A DNA stretch of 64,000 nucleotides from Candidatus Culexmicrobium cathedralense (GTDB lineage Archaea > Thermoproteota > Methanomethylicia > Culexarchaeales > Culexmicrobiaceae), in NCBI GenBank assembly GCA_025061115.1, contig JANZKC010000001.1:64001-128000 (forward strand), given 5' to 3'. Position 1 is the first letter of the stretch. The number at the start of each line of letters is the position of its first letter. Shown in pieces: positions 1-9,175 of this stretch. Made by a program: the position numbers and the translations under genes. The notes below the pieces were generated by a model. The model was not told the origin of the DNA, searched no databases, and saw only the letters and a program-made list of their open reading frames with translations.

Positions 1-332
1 TCGTACAAGTCGCTTAAAACCGGATTATCACCGGGCAAAATGCCTATAGCCCAGTAGCCGAAGCCAACAATAATCGTCGTGAACATTATGCCTAATAGCA
101 TCAAGCTTTCAACCCATCCACGCCTTCGCTTAATAACCCTATAGATGTGGATTCTGGCTAATGCGATAGTTGAAATTAGAATTGTTAAACTTGCAATTAC
201 ACTTGCTGATTGAGTTACTGATCCCGCTATTGCATTGTACTCCGGCCACTCTAGAACTCCATCAAGAATTATGAAAACTGCAGTTAAAGTTGTAATTATT
301 AGGGGGATATCTCGAGTGTAAACTCTAGACAT
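1..332 (-). CDS. Membrane protein, partial (runs off window start); downstream partner of the DUF6754-like gene
   Basis: Read by hand: ATG at 332, MSRVYTRDIPLIITTLTAVFIILDGVLEW..., open to position 1, several hydrophobic segments; AGGTGG RBS overlaps the upstream stop. Confidence 0.75.
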   Translation of the reverse strand, partial: MSRVYTRDIPLIITTLTAVFIILDGVLEWPEYNAIAGSVTQSASVIASLTILISTIALARIHIYRVIKRRRGWVESLMLLGIMFTTIIVGFGYWAIGILPGDNPVLSDLY

Positions 333-340
333 GATCCCAC

Positions 341-1162
341 CTACATTTTAATTATGTCAACGATAATATTCATTCCAAAGGATAACAGTATTGCTCCTAG
401 AAGCAATATTGCTAGCGATATGACTCTGAGAATATCCTGTGAAAACACTGTTCCAACTTGGTGGGGATCGCCTGAAATGTATGCTCCGGCAGTCATCAGC
501 TCTTCAGATATCAACGTGTAATCGCATGCAGCTACGAAGAAGGGTATTTGATAGCTATTTGCAGTTCCAGCTATTTGAATAGCTCCAACTAGGTTTCCGG
601 ATTCAGCTATCAATAGAGATTCTGCTGCGAAGTAGCCTAGAAGCATGCTTGCAGCAACTCGCTCTCTTTGAATTATTCCCATTACTCCGCTTGCAAAGGC
701 GAATTGCCTTGAAGTCACCCAAATAATGTTTTCAGGTTTGAATTTCTCAGGCTTGCCAGCTTCAAGGTAAGCTTGACGTACAACTTCCGTTGCAATCATT
801 TGGAGGCCAGGCCACCTAAATGTAACTATTAAAGGAGTATCATATTCAGCGCATTTCCTTGCAACATATTGGAGTATACTCAGTGAAGCTATTGTTTGAG
901 GCACGTCATAACCTGAAACTAGGTCTCCCAATCCAAGGCAGTAATGCACTGGCCTCCCCATCTCAGTTGCCCTTCCGATAGCCTCATCTAATGCATCAAT
1001 AGCTGCAAGTCTCCTAATTTTTGGAATGTATATATTCCTCTTAATCAGTGTAAGTGCTATGCCGAATGCTATCACTGTAATGATGAACAGCGCAAAAGGT
1101 GTTGCATATCCCTCTTTGAAAGCTACTTCTCCAATGATTGAGGGGAATTGCATCAATGGCAT
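341..1162 (-). CDS. DUF6754-like membrane protein
   Basis: IRRLAAIDALDEAIGRATEMGRPVHY, GYFAAESLLIAE and QIPFFVAACDYTLISEEL match the family as I recall it; N- and C-terminal TM helices. Confidence 0.75.
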   Translation of the reverse strand: MPLMQFPSIIGEVAFKEGYATPFALFIITVIAFGIALTLIKRNIYIPKIRRLAAIDALDEAIGRATEMGRPVHYCLGLGDLVSGYDVPQTIASLSILQYVARKCAEYDTPLIVTFRWPGLQMIATEVVRQAYLEAGKPEKFKPENIIWVTSRQFAFASGVMGIIQRERVAASMLLGYFAAESLLIAESGNLVGAIQIAGTANSYQIPFFVAACDYTLISEELMTAGAYISGDPHQVGTVFSQDILRVISLAILLLGAILLSFGMNIIVDIIKM

Positions 1163-1353
1163 CTCCCCTCTTACTTTTAAAAATTTGCCAAATTATATAT
1201 CTTTGCAGCCATTTATAAATTTCTATTATTAAATCAATGTTTCCGAATCGAAATTTTACAATAGCAAAGACGACAAATGTTCACCAAGTGACCACTTTTA
1301 TTATTAAAAATCTAAGTAGGTGATCATTGCATTATCATATGGAGGTGATTTAA

Positions 1354-1704
1354 ATGGGCGAAGAGTTTGAAGAAAAGAGAGAGAATATTGAGGAGCTGAA
1401 AAAGGTATTCTCAACCATTGTAAACTTCGTAAAGGAAGTGAAAACACCTCTCATAGATCTGATAAAGTCAATAATGACAGTAGTAAGTGGAAGTGACCTA
1501 GGTGAAGACGTAGCGACTTTTTATAAGAAGTTGAAGGAAAGTGGAATGCCTCAAGAAGTAGCAGTAAACTTAACCAGCAACTATCTTTCAGCTAGACTAA
1601 GCATTCTTAAGGAGTTCGGATCAATAATTTCAAATCTTGCATCGAAGAAAAAGTGGAGCCCAGAAGAAATAGAGGAGCTAATTAAAGAAGCTAAGGAAAA
1701 ATAA
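1354..1704 (+). CDS. Conserved hypothetical helical protein
   Basis: 116 aa, strong GGAGGTGA RBS, motif VATFYKKLKESGMP. Confidence 0.8.
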   Translation: MGEEFEEKRENIEELKKVFSTIVNFVKEVKTPLIDLIKSIMTVVSGSDLGEDVATFYKKLKESGMPQEVAVNLTSNYLSARLSILKEFGSIISNLASKKKWSPEEIEELIKEAKEK

Positions 1705-1753
1705 AGAAGAAGGAATAGGAAAACGATAAGCAAGTCGTATAAAAGAATAATGT

Positions 1754-2191
1754 GTGATCCAATTGAAAAGTGAAAGAGAGACACTTGAAGGATTCAGAGA
1801 ACTTTTAAAAGCGATACTTCAAAGACTCGAGCGAATAGAGAAAATGCTTTATGCAACTGGAGTGAGTGATGCCGAAGTAGTGAGTATAGCAAGTAAGCTT
1901 ATTTTGGCCTTTTCACTCCCAGCTTTAAGGGCATATGAAATTACATCTAGAATATTGAACTTGATAGGAAGCAGAAGATTAGACGACATTTCAAAAACCA
2001 TTATCGAAGTTTTAGCAGTTAAAGGTCCACAAACAATATCTGAACTAACAAGAAATGTAAGAGAAATTAGGGGAACAGCTTCTAGAAGAATCATAGGTGA
2101 AAGGATTAGAAAGCTTGAGGAAATAGGGATAATAGAAACTGAGAGAAGAGGCACCAGAGTTATAGTTAAGCTAAGTGATGAAAATGGCTAA
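1754..2191 (+). CDS. Winged-HTH transcriptional regulator with N-terminal coiled coil
   Basis: IIEVLAVKGPQTISELTRNVRE...RIRKLEEIGIIETERRG wHTH pattern. Confidence 0.8.
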   Translation: MIQLKSERETLEGFRELLKAILQRLERIEKMLYATGVSDAEVVSIASKLILAFSLPALRAYEITSRILNLIGSRRLDDISKTIIEVLAVKGPQTISELTRNVREIRGTASRRIIGERIRKLEEIGIIETERRGTRVIVKLSDENG

Positions 2192-2432
2192 AATCATACA
2201 AGCAATTAAAGCAATAATTTTATTAATTTACCTTTCAGTCGAAGTAGGTTTAATATACTTGAAATTTAAACTGTGGTTCTTAATTAACAGAATGAGACTT
2301 GTAAGAGAATTTAAGAAGCAATTAAAAAAGCAAGGATTAGAAGGCGATAATCTAAATGAATTAGTAAAAATATATTCAAAATATTTAAAAGAAATAGAAA
2401 TAAGCATATTAAAACAATTTAAAATTAAATAA
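2175..2432 (+). CDS. Small basic hypothetical protein with N-terminal hydrophobic helix
   Basis: 85 aa, overlaps the end of the HTH gene (coupled); hydrophobic N-terminus followed by FKKQLKKQGL. Confidence 0.65.
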   Translation: MMKMAKIIQAIKAIILLIYLSVEVGLIYLKFKLWFLINRMRLVREFKKQLKKQGLEGDNLNELVKIYSKYLKEIEISILKQFKIK

Positions 2433-2614
2433 AAATATTATCTTGCTTCCTTAAGTAAATTATTATTGATTAAAGTCTTTGAATAGGTATTCTTCGAGCT
2501 AATTAAGCCATATTTCGCATACTTAAAACTTCACATAGTGTAAATCATTTAAGCAAAATTGTCGCTATAATTTAAAGATTCATATTGAGCAACGGTTGAT
2601 GCGAGGAGTAAGTT

Positions 2615-3781
2615 ATGGACGAGAAGACAAGTGCATTAATGAAAATAAAGGAAATTGCACTTCTTTCAATCGCTCTTTCATTTACAGTTCTAATTAGCAT
2701 GAATGTTGTTCTACCAAACTACATAGCGAATCTTGGCGCCGACATTGCTTTGATTGGCTTAGCATTCTCGCTTCGCTCCATAGTTAGATGCATTGCTAGG
2801 TTAATTTGTGGGTTCGGCTCTAATTTTCTAACTAGGAGACTGATTATTTTACTTGGCTTATTCATTAAGGCTTTAGCGTTCTTCATAATTTACTCTGCAA
2901 TTAATGTTATTATGGTTGCTGTCGGCATGATGTTTTTAGCCTTTTCTGAAGGACTGATTGAGCCTATATTTTTGTCTAGTACTGCTGATGTTTTCGCGGA
3001 AACCTCAATGGCTGCAATGGCTTTTGGCATTGCATTTTCCATAAGGAGAAGCCCAAGCGTTATTGCTCCAGCATTTACTGGCTTTATAGCGGATAACTTA
3101 GGGGTTAGATTTACCTTTCTACTTGGCGTGATATTTTCAATTCTTGGAGCAATTGTTTCTTTGAAAATCAAGTTTGAGAACTACAATCATGGTAATGAGA
3201 ATAAAATTAATTTGATCAACATTAAAAGTTTAATGAATAGGCCATTTATTTTACTGCTCTTATCATCAGTTTTCCTATTTATGGCTGTAGGCGCGTTGGG
3301 ACCAATATTTTCTTATTGGGTTGTAAATGAACTTGGATATAGTTACACAATTCTAGGCATGATTCTTACTGCAGGAGCTTTCGTGGGACTACTATCTAGA
3401 ATTTATATTGGTTACGTTTCAGATAAAATTGGTCATATAAATACGCTAATTATTGTAGGTTTAATTAGAATACTTTCAGTTTTACTTTTAATCTTTGTAA
3501 GAGATCCTGTTTTAATAGCAGTTTCCTATTTGCTTAGAGTTTCAGTTGTGGCGGCGCCACCTAGAAATGCTCTAATTTCTACTCTTTGTGAACGTGAATT
3601 CTATAATTTAGCGTATAGTGTTGTTGGAATGTTTATTGATGTTGGTAGAATTATAGGCCCCGTATTTGTTGGATACATCATAGATCTATATGGGTTTAGT
3701 TTTGGATTCATAGTCATCTCGCTTTTTCTGTTTGCTTTCATTTTAGCCCTATTATTTCTCAAAATAATTCTACAAAAATAA
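2615..3781 (+). CDS. MFS transporter
   Basis: 388 aa, about 12 TM segments, GYVSDKIG loop motif. Confidence 0.9.
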   Translation: MDEKTSALMKIKEIALLSIALSFTVLISMNVVLPNYIANLGADIALIGLAFSLRSIVRCIARLICGFGSNFLTRRLIILLGLFIKALAFFIIYSAINVIMVAVGMMFLAFSEGLIEPIFLSSTADVFAETSMAAMAFGIAFSIRRSPSVIAPAFTGFIADNLGVRFTFLLGVIFSILGAIVSLKIKFENYNHGNENKINLINIKSLMNRPFILLLLSSVFLFMAVGALGPIFSYWVVNELGYSYTILGMILTAGAFVGLLSRIYIGYVSDKIGHINTLIIVGLIRILSVLLLIFVRDPVLIAVSYLLRVSVVAAPPRNALISTLCEREFYNLAYSVVGMFIDVGRIIGPVFVGYIIDLYGFSFGFIVISLFLFAFILALLFLKIILQK

Positions 3782-3959
3782 AAATGTTGATATTTGATTG
3801 TGGCGACTTCCATTTCGTGCACCTTGAGTGAGGTTGACTTGGGTCTAGATTAGATTGAGGAAATAGGCGAATTCCTTTGGTTGAATCAACTTCTTCAGGC
3901 GACGCAACTGATGTACAGAGATATTTGTTATTTTCCTTCTTTAGCCAAGGACATGGCAT
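3759..3959 (-). CDS. Small Cys-containing hypothetical protein
   Basis: MPCPW...YLCTS...RCTKW; upstream AT-rich promoter-like tract; overlaps the MFS 3' end by 23 nt. Confidence 0.4.
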   Translation of the reverse strand: MPCPWLKKENNKYLCTSVASPEEVDSTKGIRLFPQSNLDPSQPHSRCTKWKSPQSNINIFIFVELF

Positions 3960-4029
3960 AAACAGACCCGATAGAATCCCATCATTTACATATTTAAATA
4001 TATCTTTTTACTTAAATTAAGTTTCAATT

Positions 4030-4260
4030 TTAGAATGAAGTCATCAATGACATCATCGATTTAAATTGAATTGTTCCGCCGAGAGCTTTAATACATCTTA
4101 TATCGAAGTTCTTTCCTACTTTAATTATTACCCTAACCTTCTCGTCAAATTTAATTGCATTCGCAAATTCAATTGTTGAAGCTAATACTAGCAGCATTAC
4201 TAAGAAATACGATATTTTTAATATTTTTAGCCAAGAAAGTCCCCATACATTACTGCCATT
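4030..4260 (-). pseudogene. Remnant resembling a signal peptide plus subtilase (S8) propeptide
   Basis: Open frame ...KISYFLVMLLVLASTIEFANA-IKFDEKVRVIIKVGKNFDIRCIKALGGTIQFK; no in-frame start upstream of the hydrophobic stretch; no catalytic domain follows. Confidence 0.35.
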
Positions 4261-4373
4261 ATTGATATTTAAAAATAGCGAAATTTAACACTATAGTAAC
4301 TTCACTCATTACATACATCAAGTTGTAAAGCAAAAAATTGTAAGTTACTGTTGAAACTAAAGGTATCCAATAG

Positions 4374-5795
4374 CTATTTTTGCCAAATGTCCAGTGGCGG
4401 CTTTACTTCTGGCGGAATTGGCGACCTATACTTTCTGCCTCTAAGTCTTCTTCTATGTTCCTCTTGTGCTTTTTGAAGTATTTCAGGTTTAGTTAGTAGG
4501 TCTAATGCTGTTGCAGCCATGATTTTAGCAGCAAAGATAAGCGATTTACGGGATATGCCTGCTCCGCTTTGAGCAGTAGCTTGCCATGAGTGGCCAGGCG
4601 TTCCCAGAACCCAAGATGCTGTGCTAAATTCCACTGTTGGAGCCTGCCAGCTTACATCTGCTACATCAGTTGAACCATACATTACTTCTCCTTCGCCCCA
4701 TGGATCTGGAACTTCATCATCTATAAGTTTATCAACTAATCTCTCCCATCCGGGTCTCTTAGATTTTCTAAGTTGATTTATTTTCATCTCGGGAGTTATT
4801 GTCTTAGCTATTTCCTTTGCAAAATTCAGCTCTTCCTCATCATATTTTGGTAAGCCTATTTCCCTCATGTTCTTAACTATAAGCTCGGCTATTGTTCTGT
4901 TAGGTATTAAGTTGTAGGCTCCTCCAATAAATTCAATTTTAACTTCAGTTCTTGTCATTAATGCAGCTCCTTTAGCTATATCAAGGATCCAATTGTAAAT
5001 GTGTTCTACTTGATCTCTTTCAGGTGCTCTTATGTAATACCAGCTTCGGGCATAGTCTGGAACTATGTTTGGCTGGGCTCCGCCCTTCTCGATTACGTAA
5101 TGGATTCTTGCTTCTTGGCTTACATGCTCGCGCAGGTAGTTTACTCCTATATTCATGAGCTCAACAGCGTCAAGCGCACTTCTACCTTCTTCTGGCGATG
5201 CAGCAGCGTGACTTGCTTTACCGTAGAAGTGGAATTTAACTGAATTTACTGCTAAGCAGCTTTTCAGGGTTACTGCATTCATCGTTCCTGGATGATGACT
5301 TATGATTGCATCTACATCCTTGAAGCATCCTTCCCTCACCATGTAGACTTTTCCATCGAAGTTTTCTTCCGCTGGGCATCCGAAGAACTTTATCGTTCCC
5401 TTCAATCCATGCTTCTTCATAGCTATTTTAACGGCTATGGCAGCTGCAGCTCCAGAAGTTCCATGCAAATTGTGTCCGCAGCCATGGCCTGGGGCTCCTG
5501 GAACTAAAGGCTCTTTCCATGGAACTTTCTTTTGTGATAGTCCTGGTAGTGCGTCGTATTCTCCCATTATTCCTATTACTGGTTTTCCTTCACCCCACGT
5601 GGCAATGAAGGCTGTTGGCATACCAGCAACTCCACGCTCAACCTTAAAGCCGTGGCGCTCCAATTCATCAGCTAATAGTGCTGATGATTTGAATTCAATT
5701 AGTCCTAGTTCTGCATACTCCCAAATTTTATCGCTGATCTCAATAATTCGACCCTTATTCTCCTCAATCCACTTAAAGGCGGTTTCCTTAACCAT
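4374..5795 (-). CDS. M20 amidohydrolase, AbgB-like (p-aminobenzoyl-glutamate hydrolase subunit B family)
   Basis: GEYDALPGL, GHGCGHN, GCPAEE, GSTDVADVSW, PGHSWQ motifs. Confidence 0.9.
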   Translation of the reverse strand: MVKETAFKWIEENKGRIIEISDKIWEYAELGLIEFKSSALLADELERHGFKVERGVAGMPTAFIATWGEGKPVIGIMGEYDALPGLSQKKVPWKEPLVPGAPGHGCGHNLHGTSGAAAAIAVKIAMKKHGLKGTIKFFGCPAEENFDGKVYMVREGCFKDVDAIISHHPGTMNAVTLKSCLAVNSVKFHFYGKASHAAASPEEGRSALDAVELMNIGVNYLREHVSQEARIHYVIEKGGAQPNIVPDYARSWYYIRAPERDQVEHIYNWILDIAKGAALMTRTEVKIEFIGGAYNLIPNRTIAELIVKNMREIGLPKYDEEELNFAKEIAKTITPEMKINQLRKSKRPGWERLVDKLIDDEVPDPWGEGEVMYGSTDVADVSWQAPTVEFSTASWVLGTPGHSWQATAQSGAGISRKSLIFAAKIMAATALDLLTKPEILQKAQEEHRRRLRGRKYRSPIPPEVKPPLDIWQK

Positions 5796-5879
5796 TAAAA
5801 TTCACCTGGAGTTGACTATATTAGCTTAGCTAATAAAGCTTTAAGATTTGACATTATCAACTAAATTTTATTTCTCTGC

Positions 5880-6485
5880 TCACATTCTCCGATACAACTT
5901 CAGTGCAGTATGGATATTCCAGATGGAAGCTGATATTGAAGATAGAAGTTCAGGTATTGCTACACCATGTATTCCATAAGTTTTCCATGGAATCAGCCAT
6001 GGAAAGATTGCGAGTACTGCAAGTATGAGGGTTGCTGCACCCAACTTAATCTCCCTGCATTCTTTAATTAGAGAAATTGCAAAAAAGATTAGCGAAATTG
6101 GAGTTAAAGTAAAGAATGAAAGCGAAACGTAAAAGTGAATTCTCCCAGCACTTTCTGGAAATACGCCTATTAATGCTAGGGATGTTGATGAAGCGAAATA
6201 AAAAGTAGATCCAATAACGCCTATAAGGCCATTAAAGTAATTTGAAAGGCTGAATGTAAAAATAATTTGTATCGCTCCAGCTAAAATCAATCCAAAATTA
6301 AATATATATGCGGAGCTCTTCCACACACCTAAATCGCTTAAAGCATTTTTAAACCAGGAGAAATGCGGCATTTGCATGATCGCTAAGGCTATGGACGAAT
6401 ATGCAATTGCAGGAGCAATAAATCCGCAGATAGCAAAGTACTTTAATTTCATGCTCAAAATCATAACCTCAAATGAAATTATCAT
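5880..6485 (-). CDS. DUF998 membrane protein
   Basis: FSWFKNALSDLG, FNFGLI, LIGVFPE, H...S..FF, AIPE motifs. Confidence 0.85.
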   Translation of the reverse strand: MIISFEVMILSMKLKYFAICGFIAPAIAYSSIALAIMQMPHFSWFKNALSDLGVWKSSAYIFNFGLILAGAIQIIFTFSLSNYFNGLIGVIGSTFYFASSTSLALIGVFPESAGRIHFYVSLSFFTLTPISLIFFAISLIKECREIKLGAATLILAVLAIFPWLIPWKTYGIHGVAIPELLSSISASIWNIHTALKLYRRM

Positions 6486-6536
6486 ATGCTACTTAAAATT
6501 TAAATTTTGAATTGCGATTGATAAGTTTTAATTTGG

Positions 6537-7715
6537 CTAGTGACTTGCAAACCTATTAGCAAGGTCTACCAATTGAACCGTAATTAATGATGCCGCTGGA
6601 AATATTGGGAGAAGCCACAAGATGGACGTATAGCCGCCACTATATTCAATTAGTAAGCCGAAGAGGATTGGTCCAATTAGGAAGCCAAGTTCAAATGCGA
6701 TTGAATATATGCCGGACCCTAGGCCACGCATTTCAGATGGAAGCCCCCCTAAAGCTAGTAATTGAATTGCTGGAACGGTTAGTCCTAAACCCACGCCAAA
6801 TATCGTAGCACATAGATATGCAGTTGGCGGTAAGTAGTTTGAAGTTAACAGCACGTATGCTAGGGTAATCAGAGCTAATCCACTGGAAGCAATGTGTATC
6901 GGTCCTTTGCGATCTGCAATTTTTCCACTAGTAGCTCTAGCTATGATGCTTGAGCCCCCTTGAACACTAGCATAAATACCGTAAATACTAGCTCCAAATC
7001 CAATTTCATTATAAATTGCTGGAAGAAAAGTGTTTAAGGCACTATATGAAGTGGCGTAAAGTGCAACAGCAATCATTGCACCGGTGAAATTTAATGTTAG
7101 AAGCTTCTTGACATTCCTAACCTTACTTCCAAAAAGTTTATCGTTTGATTTTAGCATCCCCTTCGCCCACCGAGCTGCCAGAGAGAGAATTAGAATTGAA
7201 ACTAAAGTTAAGGCAAATGAGCTAATGAAAGTTGCTCTATAATCTAAAATGTCCGACAAGTAGCCACCCAATCCAGGGCCTAAAAGCTGGCTTACACCAA
7301 ACATCGTGCTCCTCCAACCCAAAATTTCGCCAATGCGATTTAGTGGAGCTAGATCCATAGCTGTTGAAATTGAAGAGGGCAAAAATGAGGCTGAAGCTAA
7401 ACCTTGAATTATCCTAGCAACGGCAAATAGCAGTAGGTTGTTTGAAGCAGCATAAATGAGTGAGGCAATGCAGCTTAATATGCAGCCTAACATCATCATC
7501 TCAAATCTATGACCTCTATCACTTATGAAGCCGAAGATTGGCCTCATAATAATTGCAGTGGCTGATGTAAGAGCGGATAATAATCCTAGAACTGCTGGAG
7601 TAGCACCCAGATTAATAGCGTATGGCGAAATTATGGGAGCTATAACCGTAACTGCGAAAAAGTACGTAAACGTCGCTAGTAAAACTGACCATATTGCTTT
7701 CGGCTGACTGCCCAT
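6537..7715 (-). CDS. MFS transporter
   Basis: 392 aa, GFISDRG and GKIADRKG motifs, about 12 TM segments. Confidence 0.9.
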   Translation of the reverse strand: MGSQPKAIWSVLLATFTYFFAVTVIAPIISPYAINLGATPAVLGLLSALTSATAIIMRPIFGFISDRGHRFEMMMLGCILSCIASLIYAASNNLLLFAVARIIQGLASASFLPSSISTAMDLAPLNRIGEILGWRSTMFGVSQLLGPGLGGYLSDILDYRATFISSFALTLVSILILSLAARWAKGMLKSNDKLFGSKVRNVKKLLTLNFTGAMIAVALYATSYSALNTFLPAIYNEIGFGASIYGIYASVQGGSSIIARATSGKIADRKGPIHIASSGLALITLAYVLLTSNYLPPTAYLCATIFGVGLGLTVPAIQLLALGGLPSEMRGLGSGIYSIAFELGFLIGPILFGLLIEYSGGYTSILWLLPIFPAASLITVQLVDLANRFASH

Positions 7716-7807
7716 GGGAAGTCCCCGTCATTGATGGATTAACTAGATTAATCGAAGGTGAATTATAAAGATTTTCCAGCAAGCTATCCTTTATGCGCAA
7801 TGCATAC

Positions 7808-9004
7808 TTACATGAAGCTGAAAATTGCAATTGCAAACAATATTGTAGAAATCATGCTTGGAAGCAAATACTTATAAACTTTATCCATTGAGCATTCAAA
7901 GTACTGAGCGGTGTACACAAAACAGAGGTGAGCTGGGGATCCGATGTAACTAACATAGGATGATACAAACAGAATATTCACATCATTAATTAGCAGGTGT
8001 TTAAATCCACTCATAATTGGCAGCGAAATTACTATGCCAGTTAATGGAGATCCAGTTGAAATGCTTATAACGGCCGGCATAAGTATCTCCAACACAATTA
8101 ACGGAACACCGCTTGAAGAAAGTGCTTCAGTTATTAGCTGAGAAGCTCCAGACAATATAAATGCCTTTTGTATGTACATTATGCCAAATGCAGCCAAACC
8201 GATGCCCAAAACTCTCCTATTAAGGAAAGAGTTGCACAGCATACTCTTGCAGGGCTTTACAATTAAAGTTAAAATTAAAATACCTAGAAAGATTCCTAGA
8301 ACCATACCCCAATCGCCTACACATATTTTTAGGAGAATAGCTGAAACTAAAGCTGTTATTAATGGGGCAGATGTCATGCTCAACGGCTTAGAATTAACTT
8401 TTAGTGAAGCCTTACCAGAGGATTTTGCGCTTCTCAAAGCAAGTAGGTAACCAACCATTATCATAAATATTGCAACTGGAAGCTGCCTCAAAATCAAGCT
8501 TTCAATGGAATAGCCTGATAGCGTTGCAGTTACAATAACTAGTTGGCTTATCGGATATACGAGAAATATCGTGTGCCTGAACCAGACGTTAGAGTAAACG
8601 GCTAAAGAGCTGGTGAAGCCCAGATCGGAGCTTAATACACCTATTATGGGGGCTGACATTAATGCTCCACCAGCAACTGGAAGCAAACCTATAACAGCTG
8701 GAGTTAAAATTACTGCAATCTTCGAATTTCTCAATGTACGAATAATTCCCAGCCCTAAGTCCTCTATTAGCTTGCTCAACCGATAAAGCTCAGCCAGTGA
8801 AGCAATGCCGATGGAAATTGCAATTAAAAACCAAGTTCTGTTGGAACTCAATGTCACCGCCAATATATCTAGAAAGTTTTCGGGTGAAAGCGCTAATGTA
8901 ATAATAGCGGCTGCCGTGATGAGGGCGAAGCCAATTTCAATTCCCAATTTAATTAGGATTAAGGCCAACGCTAGAGCCACTATTACTATGGCCAGCATTA
9001 GCAT
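7808..9004 (-). CDS. DUF401 family membrane protein (putative transporter)
   Basis: PAVIGLLPVAGGALMSAP, NVWFRH, SPAHLC motifs. Confidence 0.85.
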   Translation of the reverse strand: MLMLAIVIVALALALILIKLGIEIGFALITAAAIITLALSPENFLDILAVTLSSNRTWFLIAISIGIASLAELYRLSKLIEDLGLGIIRTLRNSKIAVILTPAVIGLLPVAGGALMSAPIIGVLSSDLGFTSSLAVYSNVWFRHTIFLVYPISQLVIVTATLSGYSIESLILRQLPVAIFMIMVGYLLALRSAKSSGKASLKVNSKPLSMTSAPLITALVSAILLKICVGDWGMVLGIFLGILILTLIVKPCKSMLCNSFLNRRVLGIGLAAFGIMYIQKAFILSGASQLITEALSSSGVPLIVLEILMPAVISISTGSPLTGIVISLPIMSGFKHLLINDVNILFVSSYVSYIGSPAHLCFVYTAQYFECSMDKVYKYLLPSMISTILFAIAIFSFM

Positions 9005-9175
9005 GGAATTTGCACCTCAACTACTAGCTGCGCATTAACTTAACAAAATGCGGCAAAATCCACTCAAAAAACTTTTGGTTCAATATATTATAATACATTT
9101 ACATTATCATAATATTTTAATTTTTACTAAAAATAAATATAAAAGTGTTATAGTGAGAAATTATGATCTACACTT

